This document shows positions 48,130-58,147 of a stretch of DNA of 64,000 bases, piece by piece. This stretch comes from Methanobacteriota archaeon. GTDB lineage: Archaea; Thermoplasmatota; Poseidoniia; Poseidoniales; Thalassarchaeaceae. Position 1 is the stretch's first letter. Every line of letters begins with the position of its first letter. The notes beneath the pieces are model-generated. The model saw only the letters and a program-made list of their open reading frames with translations, had not been told where the DNA came from and searched no databases. Location of the stretch: NCBI GenBank assembly GCA_004195615.1, contig PSPW01000001.1, forward strand, positions 82,881 to 146,880, read 5' to 3'. Made by a program: the position numbers and the translations under genes.

Positions 48130-48618
48130 CTAGTGATGATGTCCGCCTGGGCCGTGGACGTGCCCATGCGCCAGTTCTTCCTCGGTGGCAGTGCGAATCT
48201 CGACGACCTCTACCTCGAAGCGGAGAGTTTTGCCGGCCATCTGATGGTTGAAGTCGGCCGAAACGACGTCTCCGTCAATCTCGGTGATAGTAAATTGGAT
48301 GGGACCTTGGTCGCTATGCGCCCCGACGACCATTCCTACTTCCAGTTCCATACCTTCTGGGAACTGGCTTCTCTCTATCTTCTGGATGGCGTCGTCGTCC
48401 CTCTCTCCGTAGGCTCGATCTGGAGTGAGTGTGAACTCCCTCTTCTCTCTCACTTTTGCACCGAGAACCTCCTGCTCGAAGCCTGGAATCATTTGTCCGT
48501 GTCCGACTAGGAAGGTCAAGGGGTCCTTGCCCTCGCTGCTGTCGAATTCTGCCCCATCTACGAATGTCCCGGTGTAATGCACTGATGCTATGGTGTCCTG
48601 CTCTACTGTATCACTCAT
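48130..48618 (-). CDS. slyD: SlyD-type FKBP peptidyl-prolyl isomerase
   Basis: VHYTG..FDSS, G.GQMIPGFE, AYG, DFNH.MAGKTL.F and a His-rich tail HGHVHGPGGHHH. Confidence 0.93.
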   Translation of the reverse strand: MSDTVEQDTIASVHYTGTFVDGAEFDSSEGKDPLTFLVGHGQMIPGFEQEVLGAKVREKREFTLTPDRAYGERDDDAIQKIERSQFPEGMELEVGMVVGAHSDQGPIQFTITEIDGDVVSADFNHQMAGKTLRFEVEVVEIRTATEEELAHGHVHGPGGHHH

Positions 48619-48697
48619 GTTCGGGGGCCTGAGAGGTCAGTATCTAACCTGTTGGGTGAGGAGAACCTTCAACTGGGGTGTGTTAGGCCGGTAAAAC

Positions 48698-50431
48698 ATG
48701 CGTAACTACGGTCCAAAGGACCTGGTGGGCATCGTACTGACTCCCATAGAGGCAGTCTCTGACACTCTTGAGAGGAATTTAGGGCTATTCTCAGTCGTAA
48801 TCATCTCCCTGTCGGCGATGATTGGTTCTGGTTTGTTCGTGCTCCCCGCTCTTGCCATGGTAGAAATGGGAGGAGGTACGAACCCGGTAGGAGGAGTATG
48901 GCTTGCATATCTGGTGGCTGCCCTCGTCGTTCTACCTGGTGCAATTTCGAAATCTGAGCTTGCATCTGCCATGCCTGTTACTGGTGGAGATTACGTCTAC
49001 ATCCAGAAGACTTTCGGGCCTCTAATCGGGACGGTTGCGGGTTTGGGACTTTGGGCCAACTTCCTACTAAAATCTGCTTTCGCATTGATCGGATTCAAGG
49101 CCTATTTGTGGGTGATTGAGGACATTATCGGGATTGAAATTAATATCGAATCTGCTGCCATAATACTCCTTGTGATAATTGTGATAATCAACATTCTCGG
49201 TGTGAAGAAGATCAAGAAAATCCAGGCGCCGATTGTCGTGATCGCCACTACATACCTGATGTTGCTGTGCATTTGGGCCGTTGCTACTGGCGACCTGAAT
49301 TGGGATGCGGCAATTTCAAGAGAAGCATTCGGTGACGACTGGAACTCGGTGATAGCCACCTCCGCATTCGTTTTCGTCTCTTATGCTGGAGTCACAAAAA
49401 TTGCTGCTGTTGGTGGCGAAATAAAGAACCCAACGAAGAACATGCCATACGGAATTCTCTTCTCGCTGGCATTCAGTTGTATCCTCTACGTCACAGTGAC
49501 CATAGTAATGGTGGCTACAGTTGACCCTTCGGGGTACATAGATGGCAATGGTCACGCAAGAGAGGACCCAGTGTACATTTTCGCCGAGGCAGTGGGTGGC
49601 GAGATGGCAGGAATTATCGCAGCGGTTCTGGCAGTCGTGACGATGACGTCGATGGCGCTAGCGGGAATACTAGCATCATCTCGGTTCCCTTTCGCAATGG
49701 CTAGGGACAAGCTCCTCCCTCAGTTCCTCGAAGATGTTCACGGACGGTTTGAGACTCCGCATTGGTCGATTATCGGAACTGGACTTGCAATGGGTGCGAC
49801 AATCACATTCCTGCCGGTCCACGACGTTGCAGAATTGGCCTCTGGTTTCCAGATTATGGTCTTTATTGTGATTAATACATGCGTAATCGTTCTACGTAAC
49901 TCCTCAGATTCCCATGCATGGTACGACCCTGAGTGGAAGCCCCCTTGGCCGCTATATCCAATTATCCAAGTTGCTGGAATCGTCGGAGGTGGTATCCTTA
50001 TTGTCCTCATGGGTCCGAAATCTCTGATAGGGGCAGTTGCCGCAATAGTTCTCGGATTTATCATCTTCAAGGGATACGGAGAGAGGCATGTCGAGAGTGA
50101 AATTACCCCCTGGGAGACATCTGCAAAAATGATGACGGATCCCGATGAGGTGGAGGAGCGGCGGCAATTCGTTGCATTCCATGCAGCTGACACCGAAGGT
50201 ACTGGGAGGCTTAACTTGGGAGAGTTCGTGAGCGCGATTAGAGCCCTGGGATACATCGAACAGGAGAGTAAGCATATCGATGATGATGCCTTAGTGATTT
50301 CGAGCACTAGGAAATTCAAGGGGAACCAGTTGGTACGTGATATTTTCCATTGGGGGGACTCGAATGCGGACGGACTAATCGACATTGAGGAGTTCTTCAA
50401 GACGGCAGATGATCTTTCGCCGGAGAACTAG
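48698..50431 (+). CDS. APC-superfamily amino acid permease with C-terminal EF-hand pair
   Basis: MIGSGLFVLP, SELASAMP..GGDY, SYAG, EIKNP and about 12 TM segments; then DTEGTGRLNLGE and DSNADGLIDIEE. Confidence 0.9.
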   Translation: MRNYGPKDLVGIVLTPIEAVSDTLERNLGLFSVVIISLSAMIGSGLFVLPALAMVEMGGGTNPVGGVWLAYLVAALVVLPGAISKSELASAMPVTGGDYVYIQKTFGPLIGTVAGLGLWANFLLKSAFALIGFKAYLWVIEDIIGIEINIESAAIILLVIIVIINILGVKKIKKIQAPIVVIATTYLMLLCIWAVATGDLNWDAAISREAFGDDWNSVIATSAFVFVSYAGVTKIAAVGGEIKNPTKNMPYGILFSLAFSCILYVTVTIVMVATVDPSGYIDGNGHAREDPVYIFAEAVGGEMAGIIAAVLAVVTMTSMALAGILASSRFPFAMARDKLLPQFLEDVHGRFETPHWSIIGTGLAMGATITFLPVHDVAELASGFQIMVFIVINTCVIVLRNSSDSHAWYDPEWKPPWPLYPIIQVAGIVGGGILIVLMGPKSLIGAVAAIVLGFIIFKGYGERHVESEITPWETSAKMMTDPDEVEERRQFVAFHAADTEGTGRLNLGEFVSAIRALGYIEQESKHIDDDALVISSTRKFKGNQLVRDIFHWGDSNADGLIDIEEFFKTADDLSPEN

Positions 50432-50489
50432 CCCCTAGGCGTGTAGTTGAAGGCTTCAATCGTTCTGGGTGTAGTCCGAGGGATGCATA

Positions 50490-51302
50490 ATGGTTTCCAA
50501 CCGAGCCAAGAAGGTAACTACGCACACGCTTCAGGAAATGAAGAGATCCGCCGAGAAAATCACCATGCTGACAGCATACGACTACTCCCTTGCACGGTTG
50601 GTGGACGGTGCCGGCATCGATGTGATACTTGTGGGAGACTCAGCCTCAAACGTGATGGCCGGTAACGACACCACAGTCCCAATTACACTTGACCACATGA
50701 TATACCACGCACAATGCGTGGTTAACGCAGTAGACAGGGCCCTCGTGGTGGTAGACATGCCTTTCGGCAGCTATCAAGGAGATTCGAAGCTGGCTCTGAA
50801 GAGTGCGATTAGGATCATGAAGGAATCTGGAGGCCATGCAGTTAAGATTGAGGGTGGGGGTGAAATCGTCGACTCAGTCAAGAGGATTCTCACTGCCGGG
50901 GTCCCGGTAATGGGTCATCTAGGTCTGACGCCGCAGTCAATTTACAAGTTCGGAACCTATTCGGTCCGAGCCAAGGAGGAGGATGAGGCCGAGAAGCTCT
51001 TGGAGGATGCGATGACCCTTCAGGATGCTGGATGCTTCGCCATAGTCTTCGAGAAGATCCCTGCAGGCCTGGCAAAGAAGGTAAGTGAATCACTGGACAT
51101 ACCCACCATAGGCATAGGGGCCGGGGCAGATTGCGATGGCCAGGTCCTAGTCCTGCACGACATGCTTGGAATTACCAAGGACTTCTCTCCAAGATTCCTG
51201 CGACGCTACGCGGATGTGGGAGAGGCCGTAGACAGAGCAGTGAGAGACTACATCGGAGATGTCAGGAAAGGGAATTTCCCTTCCGAAGACGAGAGCTACT
51301 GA
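50490..51302 (+). CDS. panB: 3-methyl-2-oxobutanoate hydroxymethyltransferase
   Basis: [46 protein letters not shown]. Confidence 0.96.
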   Translation: MVSNRAKKVTTHTLQEMKRSAEKITMLTAYDYSLARLVDGAGIDVILVGDSASNVMAGNDTTVPITLDHMIYHAQCVVNAVDRALVVVDMPFGSYQGDSKLALKSAIRIMKESGGHAVKIEGGGEIVDSVKRILTAGVPVMGHLGLTPQSIYKFGTYSVRAKEEDEAEKLLEDAMTLQDAGCFAIVFEKIPAGLAKKVSESLDIPTIGIGAGADCDGQVLVLHDMLGITKDFSPRFLRRYADVGEAVDRAVRDYIGDVRKGNFPSEDESY

Positions 51303-51362
51303 TACGGAGGAATGGCCCCCCAACCTTCAAGGACGCCCGCCAACGGGTAGGGTAAGGTCATC

Positions 51363-52319
51363 ATGAGCGAGTTGTGGGTTGAGAGGCACAGACCGCGTTC
51401 TGTCAGTGAGATGAAGGGTCAGAAAGCGGTGGTTGATAGGCTGAAGGCCTACTCCGAGTCCCAAACTTTTCCGCACCTAATGTTCGCTGGGCCACCCGGA
51501 ACGGGGAAGACGACAGCGGCTCTGGCCCTGACTAGGGATGTGTTCGGAGAGGGTTTTAGGAGCAACCTTCTCGAGATGAATGCCAGTGACGAGCGAAAAC
51601 TGGAGTCCATCAGAACCAAGGTCAAGCAATTTGCCCGAACTGCTCCGATGCCCGGTACCACGTTCAAGGTGATTTTCCTAGATGAGGCCGATGCGCTGAC
51701 GCCCGATGCCCAAGGGGCACTGAGGAGGATAATGGAGCAATTCTCTGAGACCTGTAGATTTATCCTGTCATGCAACTACTCATCCAAGATAGTCGAGGCA
51801 ATCCAATCCAGATGCGCGGTCTTCAGGTTCAGACCGCTGGACACCGAGAAGGTCTTGGAGAAGGTGTTCGAAGTCGCAAGTAGTGAGGGCGTGGAGCTTG
51901 AGCAAGAGGCAGCACAGGCAATAGCCAACGTAAGCCTAGGTGACCTCAGGAAGGCGATTACGTCACTGCAAGTAGCCGCATCGCTCGACTCGCATGTGAC
52001 CAGGGAGTTAATCTACGAAACCACTGCAACCGCCCCCCCAGAGGAGCTGCATGGATTCTTCCTTGCCTGCAAGGAGGATGGTTTCCAACCGGCGAGGCGC
52101 AGGATGAGGGGTATTCTCGACAGGTTCGGGTTAGCCGGGACAGATCTAGTCAACCAGCTTCACAGGGAGCTGGGTGGCGTCACATTCCTAGACGAGGTGC
52201 AGAAACTCGCAGTTACTGAAGCAATGGCCGAATGCGACTTCAGAATGGTCGAGGGAGGCGGAGAGGCACTGCAACTAGATGCCATGGCCGCAAGGATTTG
52301 CGGACTGCTCGGGAACTAG
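51363..52319 (+). CDS. rfcS: Replication factor C small subunit
   Basis: WVERHRP, GPPGTGKT, EMNASDER, LDEAD, SCNY, SRC, GDLRKA. Confidence 0.95.
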   Translation: MSELWVERHRPRSVSEMKGQKAVVDRLKAYSESQTFPHLMFAGPPGTGKTTAALALTRDVFGEGFRSNLLEMNASDERKLESIRTKVKQFARTAPMPGTTFKVIFLDEADALTPDAQGALRRIMEQFSETCRFILSCNYSSKIVEAIQSRCAVFRFRPLDTEKVLEKVFEVASSEGVELEQEAAQAIANVSLGDLRKAITSLQVAASLDSHVTRELIYETTATAPPEELHGFFLACKEDGFQPARRRMRGILDRFGLAGTDLVNQLHRELGGVTFLDEVQKLAVTEAMAECDFRMVEGGGEALQLDAMAARICGLLGN

Positions 52320-53242
52320 GAAGAAGACTGTAGGATGCTGAGGGTGTACTCCCTCTCCCAGGTGTTGTCTCCGTCCTGCCATGGAATCATTTCTCCCTCC
52401 TCGACAAGGGAGATGTGAATCAGATATTCCCCTGGGCTGCAGCCATCTGGACACAGGTTCCATGCCATGGAGACATCCTCCGAGTGGGGTGCGACCTTAG
52501 GCCCGGAGAACTCCCCGGTGAGTGAGTTCTTCTTCATCCCCCTGACCCAGTCATTGGGATCCACAGTGTCGAAAGTATCCGATGGACCATCGTCTGCAAT
52601 TTCGGAAACCAATCCGGAAACGCTGACTATCGGCTCCATCTGCCCTACCCTGTGAACTGTGAGGTTCATCGTGGAATTCTGAGCGTCGACGTTGTCCCTA
52701 ACGCCTATGCCTAGAATCACCGGGATTGAATCCTGGGAAATTCTGATCTCGTACACATTTCCATCCAAATCAAAGTCGGAAATCCCCTCGCTGTTGGCAA
52801 TGTCTATTGCATCAGCGAGATGTGGGGCTGCGATATCAGCGATTGGCGGGTTCACGAGAGCAAAGGAGAGGGCGAGCCAAGAGAATAAGTAGAGGAACGA
52901 TGCTCTGATCCAGTTTCCGGTAGTGAACTGTTCGAAGAACCGATCAGGGACTGCTAGTTGGTGCAATGGACGGATGAGCGCAATCATTAGCACAGGGAGA
53001 AGCCAGAGGATCTGCTGTGAACTGTCCATCCCGGGCATCATGTAGAACCGCATCACCAACGCAACGATGAGGCCCAAGACGATGACCAGCCACATGGAAA
53101 TCGCGTCTGCCTTCTCCTTCTCTGCGTGAGAAGAGGGGTCGAACGGTTCCAGAGTGGATGACTTCTTGTCCCCTCCCTTCGAACCACTGCCCTTCTTGCC
53201 TGAATAGGCGCTTGCCCTCAGGGCAGTATCGACATCGACCAT
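52316..53242 (-). CDS. Hypothetical membrane protein (3 TM plus extracytoplasmic domain)
   Basis: Start placed at MVDVDTALRAS; three TM segments ending in ALVNPP. Confidence 0.7.
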   Translation of the reverse strand: MVDVDTALRASAYSGKKGSGSKGGDKKSSTLEPFDPSSHAEKEKADAISMWLVIVLGLIVALVMRFYMMPGMDSSQQILWLLPVLMIALIRPLHQLAVPDRFFEQFTTGNWIRASFLYLFSWLALSFALVNPPIADIAAPHLADAIDIANSEGISDFDLDGNVYEIRISQDSIPVILGIGVRDNVDAQNSTMNLTVHRVGQMEPIVSVSGLVSEIADDGPSDTFDTVDPNDWVRGMKKNSLTGEFSGPKVAPHSEDVSMAWNLCPDGCSPGEYLIHISLVEEGEMIPWQDGDNTWEREYTLSILQSSS

Positions 53243-53351
53243 GGATGGTTCTGGCGAGAGAGGGCGACACATCAACCCTGCGTGTGGAGTAAATGACGCG
53301 GGTGAATTACCGGCAATGCTCAAATGGCCTCTTCGCCCGCCTTGATGGTAT

Positions 53352-53480
53352 GCCGGGGTGGCGTAGTTGGTAGCGCGTCGGACTCATAGGGCAGCCGAAA
53401 GGCATGTTCACGCCGTAGGCCCCCTTCGAGATGCCTGAGTCATCCGAAGGTCGCGGGTTCAAGTCCCGCTCCCGGCACCA
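53352..53480 (+). tRNA. tRNA-Met(CAT), elongator type, with a 53-nt BHB intron (53389-53441) and encoded CCA
   Basis: Acceptor GCCGGGG/TCCCGGC-ACCA; anticodon stem TCGGA/TCCGA with CAT at 53385-53387; T-arm GCGGG-TTCAAGT-CCCGC; bulge-helix-bulge formed by CTCA/TGAG with TAG and TCA bulges. Confidence 0.93.
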
Positions 53481-53531
53481 ATACCAAACACAAGCGAGCC
53501 TTTGATGGGCCGACGCGCTCTGCCAACTAGC

Positions 53532-54872
53532 GTGGAGGATTGGCCAAAGCCCGGAACGCCCGTCAAACTAGTGGTGAAGACGTGGGCTGGAAAGGCGGAG
53601 CATTCCGGCATTGCCCTCCCCAGTTCTGGGAACAAGCTGATTACGATGAAACTGCAGAACGGCTACAACGTTTCATTCCCGGAATCATACGTCGACTCGT
53701 TCGAAATCCTTGATGAGATGCCTGTAATCGAGGAGGAGATCGAGGAAACAACTCCTCAGGATGAATCCCTGCCTCTTGTCCATCTCATCCACACCGGCGG
53801 GACGATAGCCAGCAAAGTGGACTATGCAACAGGGGCAGTCACCGCCAGATTCGACCCTCATGAGCTCCTAGATGCTGTGCCCGAACTGCGTGACATAGCG
53901 CGAATTCGCGCGGTTAAACTCGGAAACATGTGGTCAGACGACCTTCGGCCAAGGCACTGGAATAGAATGCTGAAAGCTACAGAGGAGGCCTTCGCTGAAG
54001 GCGCAGTTGGCTGCGTAATCACCCATGGGACTGATACCCTGCACCTTTCGGCTGCAGCGATGTCGTACGGGTGGTCTGGGCAAGGGGGAAGACCGCCCGG
54101 TAGAATCGTTCTCACCGGCTCCCAAAGGTCCCCGGACAGAGGCTCTTCTGATGCTGCAGAGAATCTCATTGCTTCAGTACAATGGGCAGCCCACGGACCT
54201 GCTCCCTCGGGATACCGGGACTCATCTGTGGTTATCGTCCATGCAAGCTCTTCGGATGGGAAATGCGCCGTGCTTCCGGGGTGTGCCTGCAGAAAGTACC
54301 ACTCATCACGCAGAGACGCCTTCAAGCCGATCAACCAAGAGGTTCTGGGGCACGTTTCCATCGATAGCAATGGAGCAAGGATAGACTACTCTCCCGAGGC
54401 CCATGACGCCAGGGTCGAGGCGATTGCGCCGAAGCTGTTCGACGAGTCGATGCGCATAGCCCAATTCATCTCCGACCCCCACTTGCATCCAGATCAAGTC
54501 CAGGGGGCAATAGACTCTGGCTTCGACGCCTTGCTCTTCCATGGGACGGGCTTGGGGCACCTCCCGATCTCGGATCCAGAGGAGGATAGCCTAGAGAACA
54601 CCAGACTGCGAATGATGCTAGAGGACCACATAGCGAATGGAGGCGTCGTTGTCATAGTGACGAATGCGATTCACGGCCCCGTCAACATGAACGTCTACTC
54701 CAAGGGACGAGTTCAACAGGAGATTGGGATCATCGGACATGGCTCGCTATGTCCGCCCGGGTCGGCCTTGGTCAAGCTCCATCACCTACTCTCGGTCGGA
54801 GGTAAGGAATCGGTGGAGAGGGGATGGGAGATGGACCTGGTCGGGGAGAACCCAACGTTCTCCATGTCCTAG
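53532..54872 (+). CDS. gatD: Glutamyl-tRNA(Gln) amidotransferase subunit D
   Basis: KLQNGYNV, HTGGTIASKVDY.TGAV, THGTDT, GSQRSPDRGSSD, RKYHSSRRDAF, G.GLGH, VNMNVYSKGR. Start estimated at GTG 53532. Confidence 0.93.
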   Translation: MEDWPKPGTPVKLVVKTWAGKAEHSGIALPSSGNKLITMKLQNGYNVSFPESYVDSFEILDEMPVIEEEIEETTPQDESLPLVHLIHTGGTIASKVDYATGAVTARFDPHELLDAVPELRDIARIRAVKLGNMWSDDLRPRHWNRMLKATEEAFAEGAVGCVITHGTDTLHLSAAAMSYGWSGQGGRPPGRIVLTGSQRSPDRGSSDAAENLIASVQWAAHGPAPSGYRDSSVVIVHASSSDGKCAVLPGCACRKYHSSRRDAFKPINQEVLGHVSIDSNGARIDYSPEAHDARVEAIAPKLFDESMRIAQFISDPHLHPDQVQGAIDSGFDALLFHGTGLGHLPISDPEEDSLENTRLRMMLEDHIANGGVVVIVTNAIHGPVNMNVYSKGRVQQEIGIIGHGSLCPPGSALVKLHHLLSVGGKESVERGWEMDLVGENPTFSMS

Positions 54873-54915
54873 GGACTCCGGTTTGCTGATGAACCGACTT
54901 GCACCTGGGTAGTTC

Positions 54916-56466
54916 GTGACAGGCTCCTCTCCCAGCGACGATTTAGATGCGATTAGGCAGGATTCGATATCTCCGGGCGATCGAAGCGTGATCAAAGAGA
55001 TGAGGGAGTCGGGGTCACAGACGGCAAGGGAGAGGATTCTCGACCTACTGGATGATGACAGTTTCGTCGAGGTCGATGCGTTCGTCAGACACAGGTCCGG
55101 CGATCACGGAATGCACCTTCACACTCCCCTGGGTGATGGGGTCGTGGCCGGTCACGGAAAGCTTGACGGCAGGAGGATAGCTTGCTTTTCCCAGGACTTC
55201 TCGGTCTTCTCCGGGACTATGGGAGAGATGCATGCGAAGAAGATCTGCAAGATTGTCGAGTTCGCAGAGAAGGCACGTCTTCCCATAATAGGCATCTGGG
55301 ACGGGGATGGTCAGCGTGCCCACGAAGGCGTCGCCTCACTTGGTTCAAATGGCGAGCTGCTGGACAACCTCGTATCCTGCTCCGGGAAGGTTCCGATGAT
55401 CTCAATCGTCCTGGGGACCGTGTCAGGCACAAGCGCACTAGCGGCCGGTCTCTCTGACTTCGTGATTCTGGGGAGTCAACGGGGAAGGATGTTCATGCGC
55501 AGCCCGTACGTAATCCCCGAGATTGTCTCCGGAGAGGTGGATGAGGACACCCTAGGAGGAGCGTCTCACCATGCCAGCAGGAGCGGCGTTGCGTGCATGG
55601 TCTCGGAAAACGAAAGCGAGGCCTTCGACATGACCGCAGAGATCCTCTCCCACCTGCCAGACCACACGATGTCTGAACCTCCCGTGCTGAGTACTGGGGA
55701 CAAGTGGAACAGAAAGTGCAAGGGGATGGACAAGCTCGTGCCACAGGACTCTGACAGGCCGTATGACATGAGGGGAGTCATCAGCCAAGTGATCGACGAC
55801 AAGCGCTTCCTCGAGATGTTTCAGTCCTATGCCGAGAACGTGGTCATTGGATTCGCTAGACTCGATGGGCATTCCGTAGGCATCATCGGGAACCAACCAT
55901 CGGTGCTCGCCGGCTGCCTGGACATCGATGCATCCGTGAAGGCAGCCCGGTTCATCAGGACCTGCGACTGCTTCAACATCCCAGTCGTGACCTTCGTGGA
56001 CGTCCCGGGATTCCTGCCCGGTACTGTCCAAGAGTGGGGAGGAATCATCAGACATGGAGCCAAGCTTCTGTACGCCTACGCCGAGGCGACCGTGCCCAAG
56101 CTAGCCGTGGTAACAAGGAAGGCTTACGGTGGGGCATACCTAGCGATGAGCTGCAAGCACCTAGGGTCCGACTACAACGTGGCATGGCCAACTGGGGAGC
56201 TAGCCGTAATGGGCGCGGAGGGCGCGGTCAACATCATCCATAGAACTGAGCTATCCGAGGCCGGGGACAGTTCAGGAAGGCATGCAGAGCTGGTGGACGA
56301 GTACCGGGAAAAGTTCGGAGACCCGTACGTCGCCGCGAGGCATGGCTGGCTGGACGATGTAATCGAGCCGGCTCAGACCAGAATAGCTCTAGTGAAAGCG
56401 CTAAGGCCGCTTCTCTCAAAGAGGGAGATGGTACTCCCGAAAAAGCACGGAAACATCCCTCTATGA
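54916..56466 (+). CDS. pccB: Acyl-CoA (propionyl/methylmalonyl-CoA) carboxyltransferase beta subunit
   Basis: TARERI..LLD..SF.E, GDGVV, DVPGFLPG, RKAYGGAY, MGAEGA, KKHGNIPL. Confidence 0.9.
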   Translation: MTGSSPSDDLDAIRQDSISPGDRSVIKEMRESGSQTARERILDLLDDDSFVEVDAFVRHRSGDHGMHLHTPLGDGVVAGHGKLDGRRIACFSQDFSVFSGTMGEMHAKKICKIVEFAEKARLPIIGIWDGDGQRAHEGVASLGSNGELLDNLVSCSGKVPMISIVLGTVSGTSALAAGLSDFVILGSQRGRMFMRSPYVIPEIVSGEVDEDTLGGASHHASRSGVACMVSENESEAFDMTAEILSHLPDHTMSEPPVLSTGDKWNRKCKGMDKLVPQDSDRPYDMRGVISQVIDDKRFLEMFQSYAENVVIGFARLDGHSVGIIGNQPSVLAGCLDIDASVKAARFIRTCDCFNIPVVTFVDVPGFLPGTVQEWGGIIRHGAKLLYAYAEATVPKLAVVTRKAYGGAYLAMSCKHLGSDYNVAWPTGELAVMGAEGAVNIIHRTELSEAGDSSGRHAELVDEYREKFGDPYVAARHGWLDDVIEPAQTRIALVKALRPLLSKREMVLPKKHGNIPL

Positions 56467-56517
56467 CTTAGAAACACGGTCTCCAGTAATAATAGGGGGT
56501 TTTTCGGCCAGATTCGC

Positions 56518-57345
56518 ATGGATGACAATGCCATGTACAAAATGCCAACAATCGACCTTTCAGCTAAATCCCTGCTGATGCTTTCTCAGTTGGGAATTTT
56601 TGTTACTTTCACTTACTGGACTAGCCAAGGATTAGAGGACATTATTGACTACGTCTTTCCACTCCTGTTCGCGGTTTCTGGTTTAGCACTCTTCCTTTCA
56701 GTCCCTAACTCGAGGATGGGAGTAACCTTGGGCGTTCCAGCGTTTATGGTCGTGATAGGATTAGCTACGGGTGAGGATGAAACGATATTCTGGGCTGTTT
56801 TCATGTTGGTCATGTTCGGGCCAATTGCCTACATGCCAGCATTGGCATCCGGCGACTCGACATTGGGTCTAGATGATGCATCCAGGATGCAAAGACTGGG
56901 CATACTCTGGATCGTATTCGCTCTGTTCATGATGCTCATGATGTCCAGCATTGTTGATATGGCCATGGATGGCGAATGGACAGACGAGGATTTTGATGAG
57001 ATTGAATATGACATGTCAATCGACTCTACCCAACAGACAATCGCACAGGTCGGTCTGGCTGTGGGCGTAATCGGGGTTCTGGTGTTCCTAATGACGGCCG
57101 TAGTGGGTATTCGCACATACGACCATAGGGTAATCATGGGAAATTGGAAGATGCTGCCCTGGCACGGTGGTGCAATGGCAGCGGGTGCTATGTTGATCGG
57201 CCAGTATCTTTGGTTAGTGGCAGATGGCGAACCAGCCTTCAACTTCATAGAAATACCATTCATTCTTTCCCTTGTCGGCCTAACAGCACTGACTCCTTGC
57301 ATCGCATATGATACGAACAGTGGTTCTTCGGACTCCGAAGAATAG
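56518..57345 (+). CDS. Hypothetical multi-pass membrane protein
   Basis: About 8 hydrophobic segments; no motif recognised. Confidence 0.75.
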   Translation: MDDNAMYKMPTIDLSAKSLLMLSQLGIFVTFTYWTSQGLEDIIDYVFPLLFAVSGLALFLSVPNSRMGVTLGVPAFMVVIGLATGEDETIFWAVFMLVMFGPIAYMPALASGDSTLGLDDASRMQRLGILWIVFALFMMLMMSSIVDMAMDGEWTDEDFDEIEYDMSIDSTQQTIAQVGLAVGVIGVLVFLMTAVVGIRTYDHRVIMGNWKMLPWHGGAMAAGAMLIGQYLWLVADGEPAFNFIEIPFILSLVGLTALTPCIAYDTNSGSSDSEE

Positions 57346-57347
57346 TA

Positions 57348-58073
57348 TCAGATAATCGAAAGGACCTCGCGTAGGCTGGGTATTTCTTCTGCCTTTGATG
57401 GGGCGAAGAGGAGCTTCCAAGCCTCGAGGTGCTGGGCAGTGACCATCACCACAGCGAAATCGTCAGTAGACGCTCCCCTCCCATAAGATATTGAGACCTG
57501 TTTCTCAGAATCCATCTCTATAGATGCCCCCCCGGCTGGTTCCGCATCGAGATCGATTGCTAGATTGGAATGGTCATTGCTCACTATGCTGCCATCCCAG
57601 GGGCCACTAATCAGCTCCCTGCGACCCACTTCCGGGATTATCGAACCCCCTTGCGACGACCAAGTGGCGGCGATTGAGCGTGCCGCTGAACCACCGCCCC
57701 TCATTCTGAGTACCGACCCCTCGGGGTCGATCCCAATATGCCTGCAGGCTGAGACGAAACCTAGGCCATCTGTGCTAGTGCCCGACCACTTTCCACCAGA
57801 CCTCCTCAGTTGGTTGATCGCATTGACCCCCTCGGGCCCCTTGACACCGAGTCTTTCCTGTGGCGAGTGCTTCAATGGAGCGGTGCACGATAGCCACAGT
57901 TCTCCTTCCAGAGAGGACACCCGTGACTCGAACTCTTCGATACTGGTCGCCTCGATGAAGACCTGCTCAGACGGTTCCATCCCCAGGTAAGCACCGACTA
58001 TCGAGAAGAGCCTGGGCGTTAGCGAATGGGAGATTGGGTTCCCTGCTATACCCCAGAATGCCGGTCTACTCAT
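57348..58073 (-). CDS. aroE: Shikimate dehydrogenase-like protein (divergent AroE)
   Basis: GNPISHSLTP, CTAPLK, AINQ, STDG.GF, GGGSAARS. The C-terminal part is shorter and more divergent than usual. Confidence 0.75.
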   Translation of the reverse strand: MSRPAFWGIAGNPISHSLTPRLFSIVGAYLGMEPSEQVFIEATSIEEFESRVSSLEGELWLSCTAPLKHSPQERLGVKGPEGVNAINQLRRSGGKWSGTSTDGLGFVSACRHIGIDPEGSVLRMRGGGSAARSIAATWSSQGGSIIPEVGRRELISGPWDGSIVSNDHSNLAIDLDAEPAGGASIEMDSEKQVSISYGRGASTDDFAVVMVTAQHLEAWKLLFAPSKAEEIPSLREVLSII

Positions 58074-58147
58074 GGCTCTCGCCCGAGGTTATTGCCGATG
58101 AAGGTTTCAAGAGCGCCCCGTCACCGAGAGTGCCGGAGGTAAGAGCA

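Noticed and set aside
53352-53480. tRNA as an integration site, or as initiator Met or Ile2
   Set aside because: No integrase and no duplicated tRNA 3' end were seen. The G1-C72 pair, GCCGGGG start and 37/38 intron fit elongator Met better.
57348-58073. aroE as a pseudogene
   Set aside because: Divergent and short, but the frame is uninterrupted and the substrate-binding Ser, Lys and Asp motifs are retained.
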